Below, piece by piece: positions 27,340 through 39,058 of a stretch of DNA of 64,000 bases (positions are counted from its first letter, which is position 1; every line of letters starts with the position of its first letter). Position numbers and translations under genes: made by a program. The notes under the pieces are model-generated. The model did not search any database. It was not told where the DNA came from and saw only the letters and a list, made by a program, of their open reading frames with translations. Source of the DNA: Adineta vaga (lineage: Eukaryota > Animalia > Rotifera); NCBI GenBank assembly GCA_021613535.1, contig CP075497.1:2542001-2606000 (forward strand), in the 5' to 3' direction.

Positions 27340-30291
27340 CATCATCATCGTCATCATTTCCCATAGGCTCAGTGCCCGTTGGGGCTAACCATTTACGAGA
27401 TCAGATTTTTCCACGCCTGTCGGTCTTGCGCAATTCATAAAATTCGTCGGTAACATTTCATTTCAAATACCAACAGCTTTTTCCTGTCTGCTTCTTTTAG
27501 AGTCCATGTCTCCGAAGCGTATAGTAGGACACTGAAAACACACGTGGTTAGAATTCTTAGTTTGTTTTCTATCTTCAGTTTTGTGGCTGTTCCAAATATG
27601 CTTCAAAGAAGCTAATGCACCTGTCGCTTTTCCTACTCGCCTTTTGATTTCTTCTGAACAGTTATTATCCCAGGTGATTAAACTGCCGAGATATTCGAAT
27701 TTTTCTACTTTTTCTATGGTGTCGCCTGCTACCTGTATCCTATTTTCAATATTCCTGTCTCCAAATACCATAGTTTTAGTTTTATTTATATTTAGCATCA
27801 GTCCAGATTGCTCAGCTGCTGTTCTCGTTGGCTCAATTTGGCGTTGTAGTGAGCTAAGATCTTCATCTATGAGATCAATATCGTCTGCGAATCTTAGGTT
27901 GTTTATAAGTATTCCGCTGACATTGATTCCGCGGGTGTTCTGTCTCACCTGATCCATTACTCTTTCTAGATATGCGATGAAGAGGAGTGGTGACAAAGGA
28001 TCGCCTTGTCTTGTTCCTACGTCTGTTTGGAACTACTCGCCATAATCATTTCCAATTCGAACAGCTGACTGTGATGTTTCGTAAATGTTCTGTAGCAGCG
28101 TGACTATTTTTGTTTCTACACCATATTGGTTTTAGCATAGCCCAAATTATTTTATGTTTAATCGTATCGAATGCTTTTTGAAAATGAATAAAACAGCTGT
28201 AGATTTTTTTTCCCTGTCTTTTTGCTTTCTCAGCCAATAGTCTAAGCACCAAAATCTGAGGTACTGTACTTCTGTCTATCCTAAATCCTGCCTGTTCTTC
28301 TGAAAGGTACGGATCTAAGTAGCTTTTTAGTCTATTTAACAGTACAGTTAGGAATACTTTCCCTGTATGGTTGATAAGAGAGATCGTTCGATAGTTGGAA
28401 CAATTACTGAGATCTCCTTTTTTCGGTATGGGCACCAAGATAGATTTGCCCCATTCCTCCGGAATTGTGCCTTCATGCCATGCTTTGCTACAGAGCTGAT
28501 AGATTTGACGTGCTATAGTGGTTCTCCTCCAGCTTGTAGCATTTCTGCTGGAATTCCATCTGATCCTGGACTCTTATTTTTTTTTAATGCACGTATTGCT
28601 GTTTGGACCTCGGAGTACAGGATGTCCTGTGTATCTTGATCTGTGGGAGGGGCAATGGCTTCAAGTTCTTTTACCACCTCATCTCCACCACCAGGATCTT
28701 TATACAGACTGCTGCAATACTGTGTCCATCTGTCTTTGATGTCATCTTTTGACTGTAACATTGTTCCCTGCTGATCTCTTATCACATTCAGTCGAGGTAC
28801 AAATTCGTTTTTTAATGTTTTCAATAGGCTGTATGCTTCTCTAGTGTTTCGAATGTTTAGACCTTTATCAGCTTGCTCGCATTGATCTTGAATCCAATGC
28901 TCCTTATCTTGTCTTGCAGATTTCTTGGCTTTCCGACATGAGTCCTTATATTGCTGTGTGTATTCTATGGAAACGTTTTTCATCTGTTTTAGTTTGCGTT
29001 TTTCATCAGCTAGTTTTAGTGTATCTTCTGAAATCTAGGGTTTTGTGGTTTTTCTTTTTGCCGGTATTGTCATCTCTACTGCAGTTTTAATCGCTTCTCT
29101 TATTTTGTTCGCCTGAACTTCCAGACTGCATGTTGGTCTTATATCCTCCATGTTATTTAACAGTGAAGTACGGTATGATTGTCTTTTTTCTCATCTTTCA
29201 ATCGGTTCACATCAACTCTGCAGGATTGCGGGACTCTCTTCAACATTTTCTTGAGTCGCAGTTTGATATTACATAAGACTAGTGAATGATCTGAGCTTAT
29301 GTCTGCACTCTGAAATGATCGACAGTTGATGACCGACGTCTTCCATCTTCCTTGAATGAGAATTAGATCAGTCATGTTCTGGTGAATGCCAACTGGTGAT
29401 ACCCAAGTCCATTTCCTATTAGGTTTATGTTGGAACCTTGTATTACATATGTAGAGATCGTGTGCGGTCGCAAATTCTAGGACGCGTTCTCCGCGTTCGT
29501 TTCTATCACCATACCCATATTTACCCATAACGGATTTCCAATCTTCATTTTCGCTACCAATTTTAGCATTCCAATCTCCTGTCAAGTTGATTATATCCTT
29601 TTTATCTGTTTTTGTTATTGCTTTTTCAATATCGCTGTAGAATGCTTCAATATCCTCTTCTGATGATGCAGAGGTTGGTGCATATACATGTATGACTGTA
29701 ATTTTAAATGGTGCTGCATCGAATCGCGCCGAAATGATTCGTGAGCTTATTGGAGCATATCCTAATAATGCCTTTTTTGCTTGTGCGCTTAGTAAGAAAC
29801 CGACACCCCTCATATGTAGAGTCTCTTCTCCTGACCAGATGAAATCTTCATTCGTTGTTTCACCCTTTCCTATCCATCGCACTTCAGAAATACCAATTAT
29901 ATCATATCTGAAACGTTTCATTTCGTTTCGTAATAATTCCAATTTTCCAGCAGCCCACAGGGTCTGCACATTCCATGTTCCTATTGTCAAAGAATTTTTG
30001 GCAAGAGTGAGTTTTTGCGTGTTTTTCGTCGTTTTGTTCGTATGTAAGTTTTTTTCCAGTATCCAATTTTTCGACTCTGTCCTGATCACTCGACAGAGGA
30101 CGCGGACCTTGTTCACCCGGGCGACGTCCGAGCCGGTATGGTATCGTGCTAATGTCGTTCATGGTTAGTTTCTTTCGTCTTTTTGTTTTTACAGGCGGTG
30201 GTATCTGCACCCCTTCCGTCTAACGCTCCTCCTTTATCCGGACTTGCGACCGGCATAAAGACCACCGAATAGTAGTCTCTATGGTGGACTT
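27340..30291 (-). mobile_element. RTE-clade non-LTR retrotransposon (APE + RT), ~2.95 kb, inactivated, with 12 bp TSD
   Basis: APE motifs IGTWNVQTL, GISEVRW, GDWNAKIG, SDH. RT motifs NYRTISL, EEQAGFR, FQKAFD, RQGDPLSP, LRFADDI, FEYLGS. (GAT)n 3' tail at 27340-27357. TSD TGTTAGATGAAT at 27328-27339 and 30292-30303. Frameshifts, an in-frame TAG near 29036 and a 3' internal deletion. Confidence 0.95.
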
Positions 30292-30525
30292 TGTTAGATG
30301 AATACAAAGAGTGAAAACGCGAACGCATGCAAGCAGACGCCGTAAGAAGTGATGGTCGAGGCCACGAAAGAATCTTTCATTTCAAACGTGTCTATATTGA
30401 TTAAGAAGAGGAAAGGAAAAAGAGGTGTCATTCATATGCACATGCGCTATGAACCATTCTGTGTAATAGATAACAAATTCTCGAAAAAAAAGAAACGAAA
30501 AGTTTTCCATCATTTATGCACAAAT

Positions 30526-31113
30526 ATGCGCAGTGGAAGTGGATGCTGGTCAAGCTCAAGTGGTAGTGAGGATGACGTCCAAGTGTATGTAAGTACTTTT
30601 TTGACGCCTTATCACCCGCCCAATTACTGTGAATCAGATTGACAGTGACATATCGATATAGTAATATAAAATCTTTCATGAATACTAAAATGATTGGATA
30701 CTAGTCGATGCAATCACACATGACTGAACAAATCCTTTTAAAATACCAGCGCCGTGTAAGCGCGATATCTAATCATTTCAAAACTGACAAATCCTTTTAA
30801 AATACCAGCGCCGTGTAAGCGCGATATCTAATCATTTCAAAACTGACAAATCCTTTACTCATCAACTTTTCTTCTCCTCTTTTAATGAAATGTTTGTTTA
30901 TTTTAGCGATGGCGTGCTTTCGCTCCACCACCACCTCCAACATCAACAACATTTCCACCACCACCACCCCCAGCAACAATTCCAACGACTAATCCGCCAC
31001 ACCTGAATCATGCTGCATTGGATTGGACGAATAATCGTCCTCTTGTAATCGGAGCAGCAATTGGTCTTTTCTTGAGTGGGGCACTCGTTGCGTCTATTTG
31101 TTTTAAAAAATAG
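30526..31113 (+). CDS. Small (89 aa) Pro-rich tail-anchored membrane protein, copy 2, two exons; absent from the ORF track
   Basis: Exon 1 30526-30588 MRSGSGCWSSSSGSEDDVQVY|GTAAGT; acceptor TTTTAG|30907; exon 2 RWRAFAPPPPPTSTTFPPPPPPATIPTTNPPHLNHAALDWTNNRPLVIGAAIGLFLSGALVASICFKK*. Phase 0/0 join; the paralog conserves frame, TM and KK* end. Confidence 0.65.
30728..30856. repeat. Perfect 59 bp tandem duplication (~2.2 copies) inside an intron
   Basis: ACAAATCCTTTTAAAATACCAGCGCCGTGTAAGCGCGATATCTAATCATTTCAAAACTG starts at 30728 and 30787, with a partial third copy at 30846. Confidence 0.95.
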
Positions 31114-31699
31114 GATTTGTTTGTTTTGTTTTTGGTCTTGGTAAATAAATTAATTGAAATTGTGAGTAGAAATTTCTTTTTGGATGATTACAAAGAGACG
31201 CCGTAATGAGCGATGGTCGAGCCCATTAAGGAATTTTCATACGTAGCGAACTATGACGTAATCGAGGAGAAAGAAAATTTCTAATTTATATTCATGGGAG
31301 ATAAACAAAGAGAAGAAAAGCTTTCCATCATTTATATACAAATATGCGAAAATAATGACGACATCAATAAATTCAACAGAACAAGAAAAGAATAATTCAC
31401 TGTTGTTTTTTTAGAAGAAAAAAAGATTTGATCAGAATAGTGTTTGGAAGCATGTTTAAATAGTGAACGCAATGAAGATTAAATGACATGAAATGCTTCA
31501 TATATATAGTGATATGACTAGGATAAAATTCTTCATTCACATAATGGTTCAACATAATTTTCCTAAAAAGAAAATCAATCCATCAAATGATTACTAATTA
31601 GATGAAAAAAACTATACATACTGTAAACAAACCACGAATACCAGGTTCAATAACATCTTCAAACCGTCTATCATCATTTTAGCAACAATAAAAATGATT

Positions 31700-32110
31700 A
31701 TATCTTTACGGTTTGATTGTTGAGATTCGAATATATCGAACAAGTTTTTCTGGATTACTTGGTTCGATGAATAATGGTTGTCTTCCTAATGTTTTAATTG
31801 TTGTTAATGTACCAATTTCTCTTCGTGCAACTTTTTCTTTGTGTATATTCGTTTCTGATTCATTGAATTGAATCGATTGTAGATCTAATAATTGTGTTTA
31901 TTTGATATGCCATACTGGCAAACAAAAATGAGAAAAGTCCTTACTGTTTGAATAGCATAGATTTGTGTGTCTTCATAGAGACATATGATTTACCATGATG
32001 AGATGAATTCAAATAATTGTTTTCACAAAAATCAGTAAATTAAGCAAGATTGCCTTTGAAAAATAGTAATTCATCATTGAGAATGAATGCGAGATCGTAA
32101 TCGCCATTAT
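31700..32110 (-). pseudogene. ABI: Abl-interactor (ABI) pseudogene, N-terminal part, eroded by deletions
   Basis: Fragments DFCENNY, EDTQIYAIQ|gtaag, SMAYQIN..QLLDLQS and NIHKEKVARREIGTLTT...PEKLVRYIR match the ABI HHR region; frames are broken. Confidence 0.8.
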
Positions 32111-32330
32111 ACTGTGTATGTGTATGACCTCTTCGTTGAAGTAGAGGGCGTTCCATGTTAATGCATATATGTTTCAAATGTGTTCCTTATTCTGTTTCTA
32201 TAAAAGCCATAGTATATATTGATTTGATCTGTCTGCAAAAATGGCCGATACAGGCTGGTGTTCGACCGATATGGGCTATCGGTGCCTACCTTATTTTTTC
32301 CTTTATTTTTTTATTAAAATCTGGTAGCTA

Positions 32331-33610
32331 ATGCCTCGTCGATCTTCCAAAGCAACTCGTAACGGTGCTAAAAATAGTGCCGGTGCAGAATCTCTTCGTC
32401 TTGCTATCAAAGGTAAAACTAGAAGAAATATTTTTATCATTACATAAATTGATTGTTTTCTATTAGATTTTAGCGTTTATGATTATTCACGTTCTGCAAA
32501 AGATTCACCACAAAATAATCTCCGAACATCATCAAAATTAACTCGCGAATGTAAGAATATCATATTTGTTATTGTTTTGAAAATTGTTTATCAAAAGAAT
32601 TTTTCTTAGGTAAATCTTTAATGGATGAACAAGATTGGTATGAAAAAGATCTAAGTGATTTCGATGATCCACAATTATCCGATGAAGAACATGAAGGTAA
32701 ATTTCTTTTGTTTTTTTTCTATTTGATTTTTAGTCAAAATCATATTTAGCCCAACAACAATATATTCGATCAAAGCAAAAGCAACGAACGAAACAGATTT
32801 CTTTATTAGACAATTCTTCTGATTGGCAAGATTATCCACTTGATTTATGGTATATACTTGCAACCTATATTCCACCTGAAGATATTGGAAAATTTGCATT
32901 GATTTGTCGAGCATCAAATCATGTTGTTAATACTGTTTATTTCTGGATGCTTTTATTTCGAAAGTAAGAGAATCTATGAAGAAATTCGTTTTCTTGTCTC
33001 TAACCATTTTTTCTTTAGACATAATAAAATTGAAGCAAATAAAATCAGTCGAATACTTGTTCATGAACATCTTTCAATTGTTCGTACACATGTTATTAAA
33101 TCATTATATCAAGTTTATCCATTATTTCAAGATCGTTTCAGTCGAACTGATGTTATACAAAAAGATCCACATTTTCTACGTTTATCACGATGTGTACGAA
33201 TTTGGTACACCAAAGGTTCACCACCACCAACACAACGTGAATCCTATAACTATTATTTCGAATTTCGTTTTGATAATATTAAGCGAACCAAACAACAACC
33301 AATTCAAATTCAAGCATTATCACCAATTCTTCAAACGAATAATCAGTATATTATCGATAAAGATTGTTGTATATTACATTTAATTTGTTCCAATTTCGTA
33401 CCAATCGGTCCTTATATGGGAATGATCTTATCTCAAATAACATTAAACGTTAGTAGTGATTATCGTTATCATAAATTAAAAATGTGGTTTGATTCATCAA
33501 GACTATGTTTACAAACATCGAAGAAATACAATGATTCAGTTGTTATTATCGATCCTATTTTATGTTTAAGAGTTTACAATTGGTACAATAGTCCTGCTCA
33601 GTTCGATTGA
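32331..33610 (+). CDS. TMEM183: TMEM183-family protein (F-box-like motif), multi-exon
   Basis: Spliced reading gives DYPLDLWYILATYIPPEDIGKFALICRASNHVVNTVYFW, later F.PIGPYMGMIL...L..SSDYRYHKL..F and IDPILCLRVYNWY. Confidence 0.85.
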
Positions 33611-34070
33611 TTTTCATTTCTTCTGTGATCTTCTTCTTCTTTCTTTTTTTTCTTCTGTAACACAGTACATTTCTTTTTGATTCACTATTTATTTGCTTTA
33701 CTTATTTGTTTTGTCTTTTTGTAAATTATTTTACTATTTGTACAGGTGTAGGAAACTTTCAAATACTTGTTTTTTATCTGTGAAATTATGCCTTTTCTTT
33801 TCGTGTGGTTTGTTTTCGTATTAACAAGAAAAAAAATTCAGAGATTATTGATCAATAAATAACATTCACTGTTTAGAATCAAGACGAGTTTTGTGTCATA
33901 CTACTATCTTATTACCCCAGACTTTGCTTATATGTATATTTTGTTAGAATACATTTATATAAACAAGACAAAACGACAACACTGCAAAGAAAAACAAAGA
34001 ATGACTAGGTGACACTGTGAAGGAAAAAGATAAATTAACATTATTTTCTTTACAAAAAAAAGAAGAAGTT

Positions 34071-35685
34071 TTACTGCTGTCCAGTCAGTGATTGATTATC
34101 AAGCCAATGATGATGATGTCCAAATTCCATATTATTTCCATTTGCCACTCCTGCTGTAGTAATACCTGTTGTAACAAGTGTACAATAATCAAGTTCAGAT
34201 GAAGATGCATGATCATCGTTCATTGTAATTGAAGATGAGGAGGATGAAAAAGAATTGGTCGGAATTAATCCAGTCTGTGTTGAATACGATGATCCACGTG
34301 TTGGTCCACTAAGAAATCCATTAGGTTCAGGATAAGGAGAATCAAATGGAATTAATTCATTCGATGGTGGATGTGCGCCTCGAGATATAACATCAGAATA
34401 AACAGGATTATTATTATTATGAGTATGAGATAAAGAATCATCAGAATCATGTTCAGATAATTCTAGAAATATCACAAAATATAGAATTTTGTTCTTGATT
34501 CCTAAAGCAAAAGTTTACCATCATATGATACGGCAGTATCACCGTCGTTGCTTGTATCTTCATCTTGATGAATACTTTGATTTTTTCGTGTTTTCATTCG
34601 TGTGTTTTTTCGTTCGACTCCTCCATTACGTAAAACATTCGGCCATCGTCGACCCGAATCTTTTTTCAAACGTTTTTCTTTAGCTCGACGATTTTGAAAC
34701 CTTTTATAAGCGAAAAAAAAAGATAAAATTTTTCGTCATTTCAAATAAATTTACCAGACTTGTACCACTCGCATATCTAAACCAGTTTCTGCTGCTAACG
34801 TTTCTCGTACATGACGAGCTGGTTTTGGACTTGTATTATATGCTTGTTTGAGTATTTCTAATTGTTTTTGTGTTATAGTTGTTCGTGGTCGTTTATTTGT
34901 ATCATCAAATTCTTTAAGAAAAATTCAGATTTTCATGAAGAAAAACAATGAAATCTTACCTCTGTTTTTCAATGTTTCATAATCAATTTTACAAACAAGT
35001 TTTTGATCATCTATGAGATAAAACTCATCACCTGTATTCAGTTGTCGATGACAAATTAAACATGCAAAACAATGCAAATGATACACAAAATCACTTGCAC
35101 GTCGTACAACTTCCGAAGGTGGTATTCCACTTCCACAAGAAGCACATTTCGTACCAAATTTTCTATGAAAACAAAACGTAAGTATTCTTTACTTTTATTC
35201 GAGAAGAAAAACTTCTTAATTTACTTGAAAAAATCGTCTTTACAATAAACATTTCCATCTCTTGCATAACATTTATCAAATAATTTTCCGTGACATTCGG
35301 AACAATTTAAACATAACGAATGAAAATGATTTTCATTGACTTTAAAGACAAACTGATCACAGATCGGTAATGAACATACCGAACAATCATAAATGTTGAT
35401 CACGGCTCCTAAAACAGTCACAATATTTGAGAAGACAGTTGATGACATTTCAATTCTATCCAATCGGATTAGAATATACATATAATGTTGACATTAATCC
35501 GTTCTTTTTCTCTCTTCAGGAAATGATTGACATGAAATATTTGTAAAAATTCTTTCGATAAGAAGTATAAAAAAAGAAGAAGAGAACTTATTCATTTTAC
35601 CTGTTCGATGTTCATGTTCATGGTGCTGTTGTTCATTGTTATGTTTGTTTCCTAAGACGATATTTGTTTCATTATTAAAGGTCAT
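34071..35685 (-). CDS. LHX3/4: LIM-homeodomain transcription factor Lhx3/4 (Lim3)
   Basis: Two LIM domains (C..C...H..CL.C..C; [26 protein letters not shown]). Homeodomain [59 protein letters not shown]. First exon 35685-35601 is inferred from phase-compatible splice sites. Confidence 0.93.
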
Positions 35686-37739
35686 AATTATTAATTTTTG
35701 TCACGTTGAAATCAATCAATTCGTTTTCTCCTGTTTTATTCTTTTAAGAGACACATACACACAGTTATCTTCTTCGTTTCCGTCTTTTGTGCGCAACTGG
35801 AAAGCAAGACCAAACATGCAGTTGTTTCTTTTTTTTCTTTTCTTCTCGTCTTCATTCGTTCAGAAAAATCGATGTTGACCAATAAGGAAAAAGATATAAG
35901 AAAAAAAAACGTTGAACGACGACGGAAGAAAGAGGAGGAACTCGTTTTTCTCTTTTCTCATTGATCTTATTCGGTGAACAGACGCCCTCATTCCCTCCCA
36001 TTTGCAGATCGTTATCACTGACTCTGGCGTGAACTATCTCTCGGATCATATACACGCATGAACTAAATAAAAAAAAAAAGAAGAAGAAGAAAACTTTGTC
36101 GCACACGCGATTATGTTCATCCATAAAAAGAGATAAGATAAATCGAATAACTTTCGAACAGATGGAAACGAAAATTTTGGAACAATTCATGTTCGGAAAA
36201 TTTAACTATGGAAGAAGTAAATGATAACTAGAAAAGTGTTTTATGTTGATTTCCCCGGAGAATATTACACTCGTGTTAACACTTTAGTAATGGTGACGAT
36301 GATCGCATTCACACTTTTGTTTTTTTTTGTACTATATTCATACATTTATCTGTCGACATAAAACTTGCTAAACCCACTGATGACATTGCATGTTATAGTG
36401 CAGAAAAAGAAAGTCTTGTTCCCGTGCGATTGACGAAAGAGACGAAGTAAAAAAAGAAGTATGAGCATTGATCACGCTCTTCATCAAATTCATATTGTTG
36501 TTGCTCACACCTCACTGAACAAAAGAAAGAGAAAAGAGACGATAGTCCCCAGTGATTCCAATAGGTGGGCCAGAGTTACTTTATATATGAATAGTCAATG
36601 TATTACATGTTAATGTTTGGTTCTTGTCTGTTTCTTTTTCTCAATGGACTTGAATGCAGGTTAACTATTGAAAAGAAACAGAAAAAATGTATATATATAT
36701 ATATATGAATATAACGTTTCTTTTGCACTTTTCTATCAACTGTCATATTCAACATTGGATACAATAACCAGGAAGTTGAACGTTCTTCTTCTTCTTCTGC
36801 TTCTTTTTGTTTCAATAGAAATTGAATTAATCCTCAACTATTTTCTTTTTCACTTCGGTTTGATTGTCCATATCATGATCATCAGTGACATATTGTGACA
36901 ATCATCATTCGAATTTTCATCGATGCAATATGCTTTCTCGCTCTTCTCTTCCAGTCGTTCAATCTGCTAATTGCATCCTTTTTCTAACCAACAAGTGTGA
37001 AGCGCATGTCTCTATTATATGCAAGTCAATGAACATTCTTCGTCTTCTTTTCTTTCCACTCGTTTATTCTCGCACAGTTTATTCTCGTTGTCCATCTGCT
37101 AATCAACTAGTTCTAACTAATAGTAAGACGACGAAATATGAGAGCAGTCAAATGTCACCCGAAGCTTCTCCAGGTGCATTATAGTCGAAGAGAAAAGAAA
37201 TCTTTTTTCCGAAGGGCATTTAGACAGAAAAAGAAAACTATACGAATCACTTCATTGTCTTCATTCGAATTAATCAACACAAAAGACATCTCTTTAGTTC
37301 CATTGGCATTTACATTGATCTACATGTTAATCAAATAGTGATGAAGAAAAGACACAAAGTGGCACGAGAACGTGACAGGTTGCTCGCTCAGCATGACTTT
37401 TCTTTCTATTTAACATATGGATACGATTAGTTGCTACCGTCATTTTGTTTTGTGATCGATCAATATTAATTGCTCGATGATTTAACAAATTTTTTTCTTT
37501 ATCTTAGTGAATTCATATATATATTTTAAAATATAATGAGTACGAAATGAGAAATACAAAAGAAAAGAAAAAGAAAATAGCAAAGCTTCAGCAAAGATAT
37601 GTTTGTATAAAAAATAGCAAGACGTTTAACTACTTGAATTTGATCACCTAGAAGAGAATGAGAACAATAAGATAGAATTATGATTGATGATTGATTTACT
37701 TGAATAATACGAAGTAGATTGAAAGACAAGATCGATTGA

Positions 37740-39018
37740 TTAATTGTGAGTAGGAGGAAAATCGAGTAATGATTTACCTTGTTTCTTCCAAGAGGCAATA
37801 GATGCAATGACAATATGTTCACAATTTGCTTGATCGACAATCTATATGATAAATAGAAACAAAACAATGAGTTCATACATCAATCAAAGATGTTAATGAG
37901 ATTCTTAGATGATCAACAAACAAAATATTTTTCTCAAACGAATAATTCTTACTAGAAACCTAAAAAAAACTCGAAATTAAAGATGTTTTTAGGCTTTTTA
38001 ACTATATTTCAAGACCTAACTATGCACATTTTCTAATCATTTTCACCCTGTTCTTGAAAATAAAAGCATACTTTGAGATCAGTAAGATATTGTGTCATTT
38101 CTTTCGTTGAATATAAACTCAATAATTTCACTCGACAATGATGAAGTATATGTATTGTTAAGAAAACGAAGATATATTCACTACCAGCTAAAAATTTCTC
38201 CCAAATACTAAATAAGAAAAAAAGAAGTTCATTCAACATACACATGATTAAAAGAAAAATCTTTACTTTAATAAAGAAATATCATCTGTGATTAATTGAA
38301 AACCATCTTTGAGCCAATTTTCTGGTATATATGCAAAGATATTATGTGTATTTAAATGAAGTAATAATTTTGGTTCATAAAGAAATTCTTCTTGTGCCAT
38401 TTTACCCGCATGATACCGCTATTCGATATGAATAATTAAGATTTTGATTGAACGGAATGTTTTACTTACGTACGAGCAAAGGTAAACGTCGAGTTAGTTG
38501 AACAAATTTATCATAAATTTTACAAGTCATAAACCAACATTCCGCTGTAATTTCTACTCGCTGTTCATTATCATTATCAAGAAATGAACAAATGAAATTC
38601 GCAATTGATAAAAATGGTTCATATTCTTTCTAAGATCCAAATGAAAAAACAAAATTCCTGAACAATTGAATTTTCTTTAAAAAATCTTACTGTTGATGTC
38701 AGTGGAAGTTTAATTCCATGTGAATCTAAGCAATACATAGCAAGAAATTGTTGAGCAATGGGCGTATCACTTTGAAGTATTCACAAGTTGTTAACTAGAT
38801 TGAAGACGTTTGTAAATGTTACAATTAGCTTGATCAACATAGGCACGTGTGGAACGATAGGGAGACTTAATTCCTAATAGGATTTTCCAACAAAGTGGTT
38901 TAAGTTCTGCAAGAATGGAATTTTTTTGTACATGTTGTTTTAATTTTTCAATATGAATTGTGTCTGATTCAAGTAACTCTTTATAAACAGTCTGACTAGT
39001 TCGTTGTATTAATATCAT
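37740..39018 (-). CDS. TBC1D7: TBC1 domain family member 7 (TSC complex subunit)
   Basis: Short TBC-only protein: IEKLKQHV...LKPLCWKILLGIK.PY; IWEKFLAGSEYIFVF; final exon IVDQANCEHIVIASIASWKKQGKSLLDFPPTHN*. Confidence 0.75.
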
Positions 39019-39058
39019 ATCTAGAATATATAAAAAAACAAACAAATCTTTATTTTAC

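Noticed and set aside
27083-31100. Minus-strand readings of the duplicated exons: Trp/Cys-rich peptide, or Gly-rich peptide with in-frame TGA (selenoprotein-like UxxC)
   Set aside because: These are antisense shadows of the + strand Pro-rich/TM exon, which has proper splice sites and conserved stops. The TGA positions do not align between copies.
32265-32283. ACCGATA-N5-TATCGGT palindrome upstream of TMEM183
   Set aside because: Only a 7 bp stem; could be a promoter motif but cannot be distinguished from chance.
35700-37500. Many 60-110 aa ORFs upstream of Lhx3/4
   Set aside because: Low-complexity Phe/Lys-rich translations of AT/AG tracts without motifs; most likely regulatory or UTR sequence.
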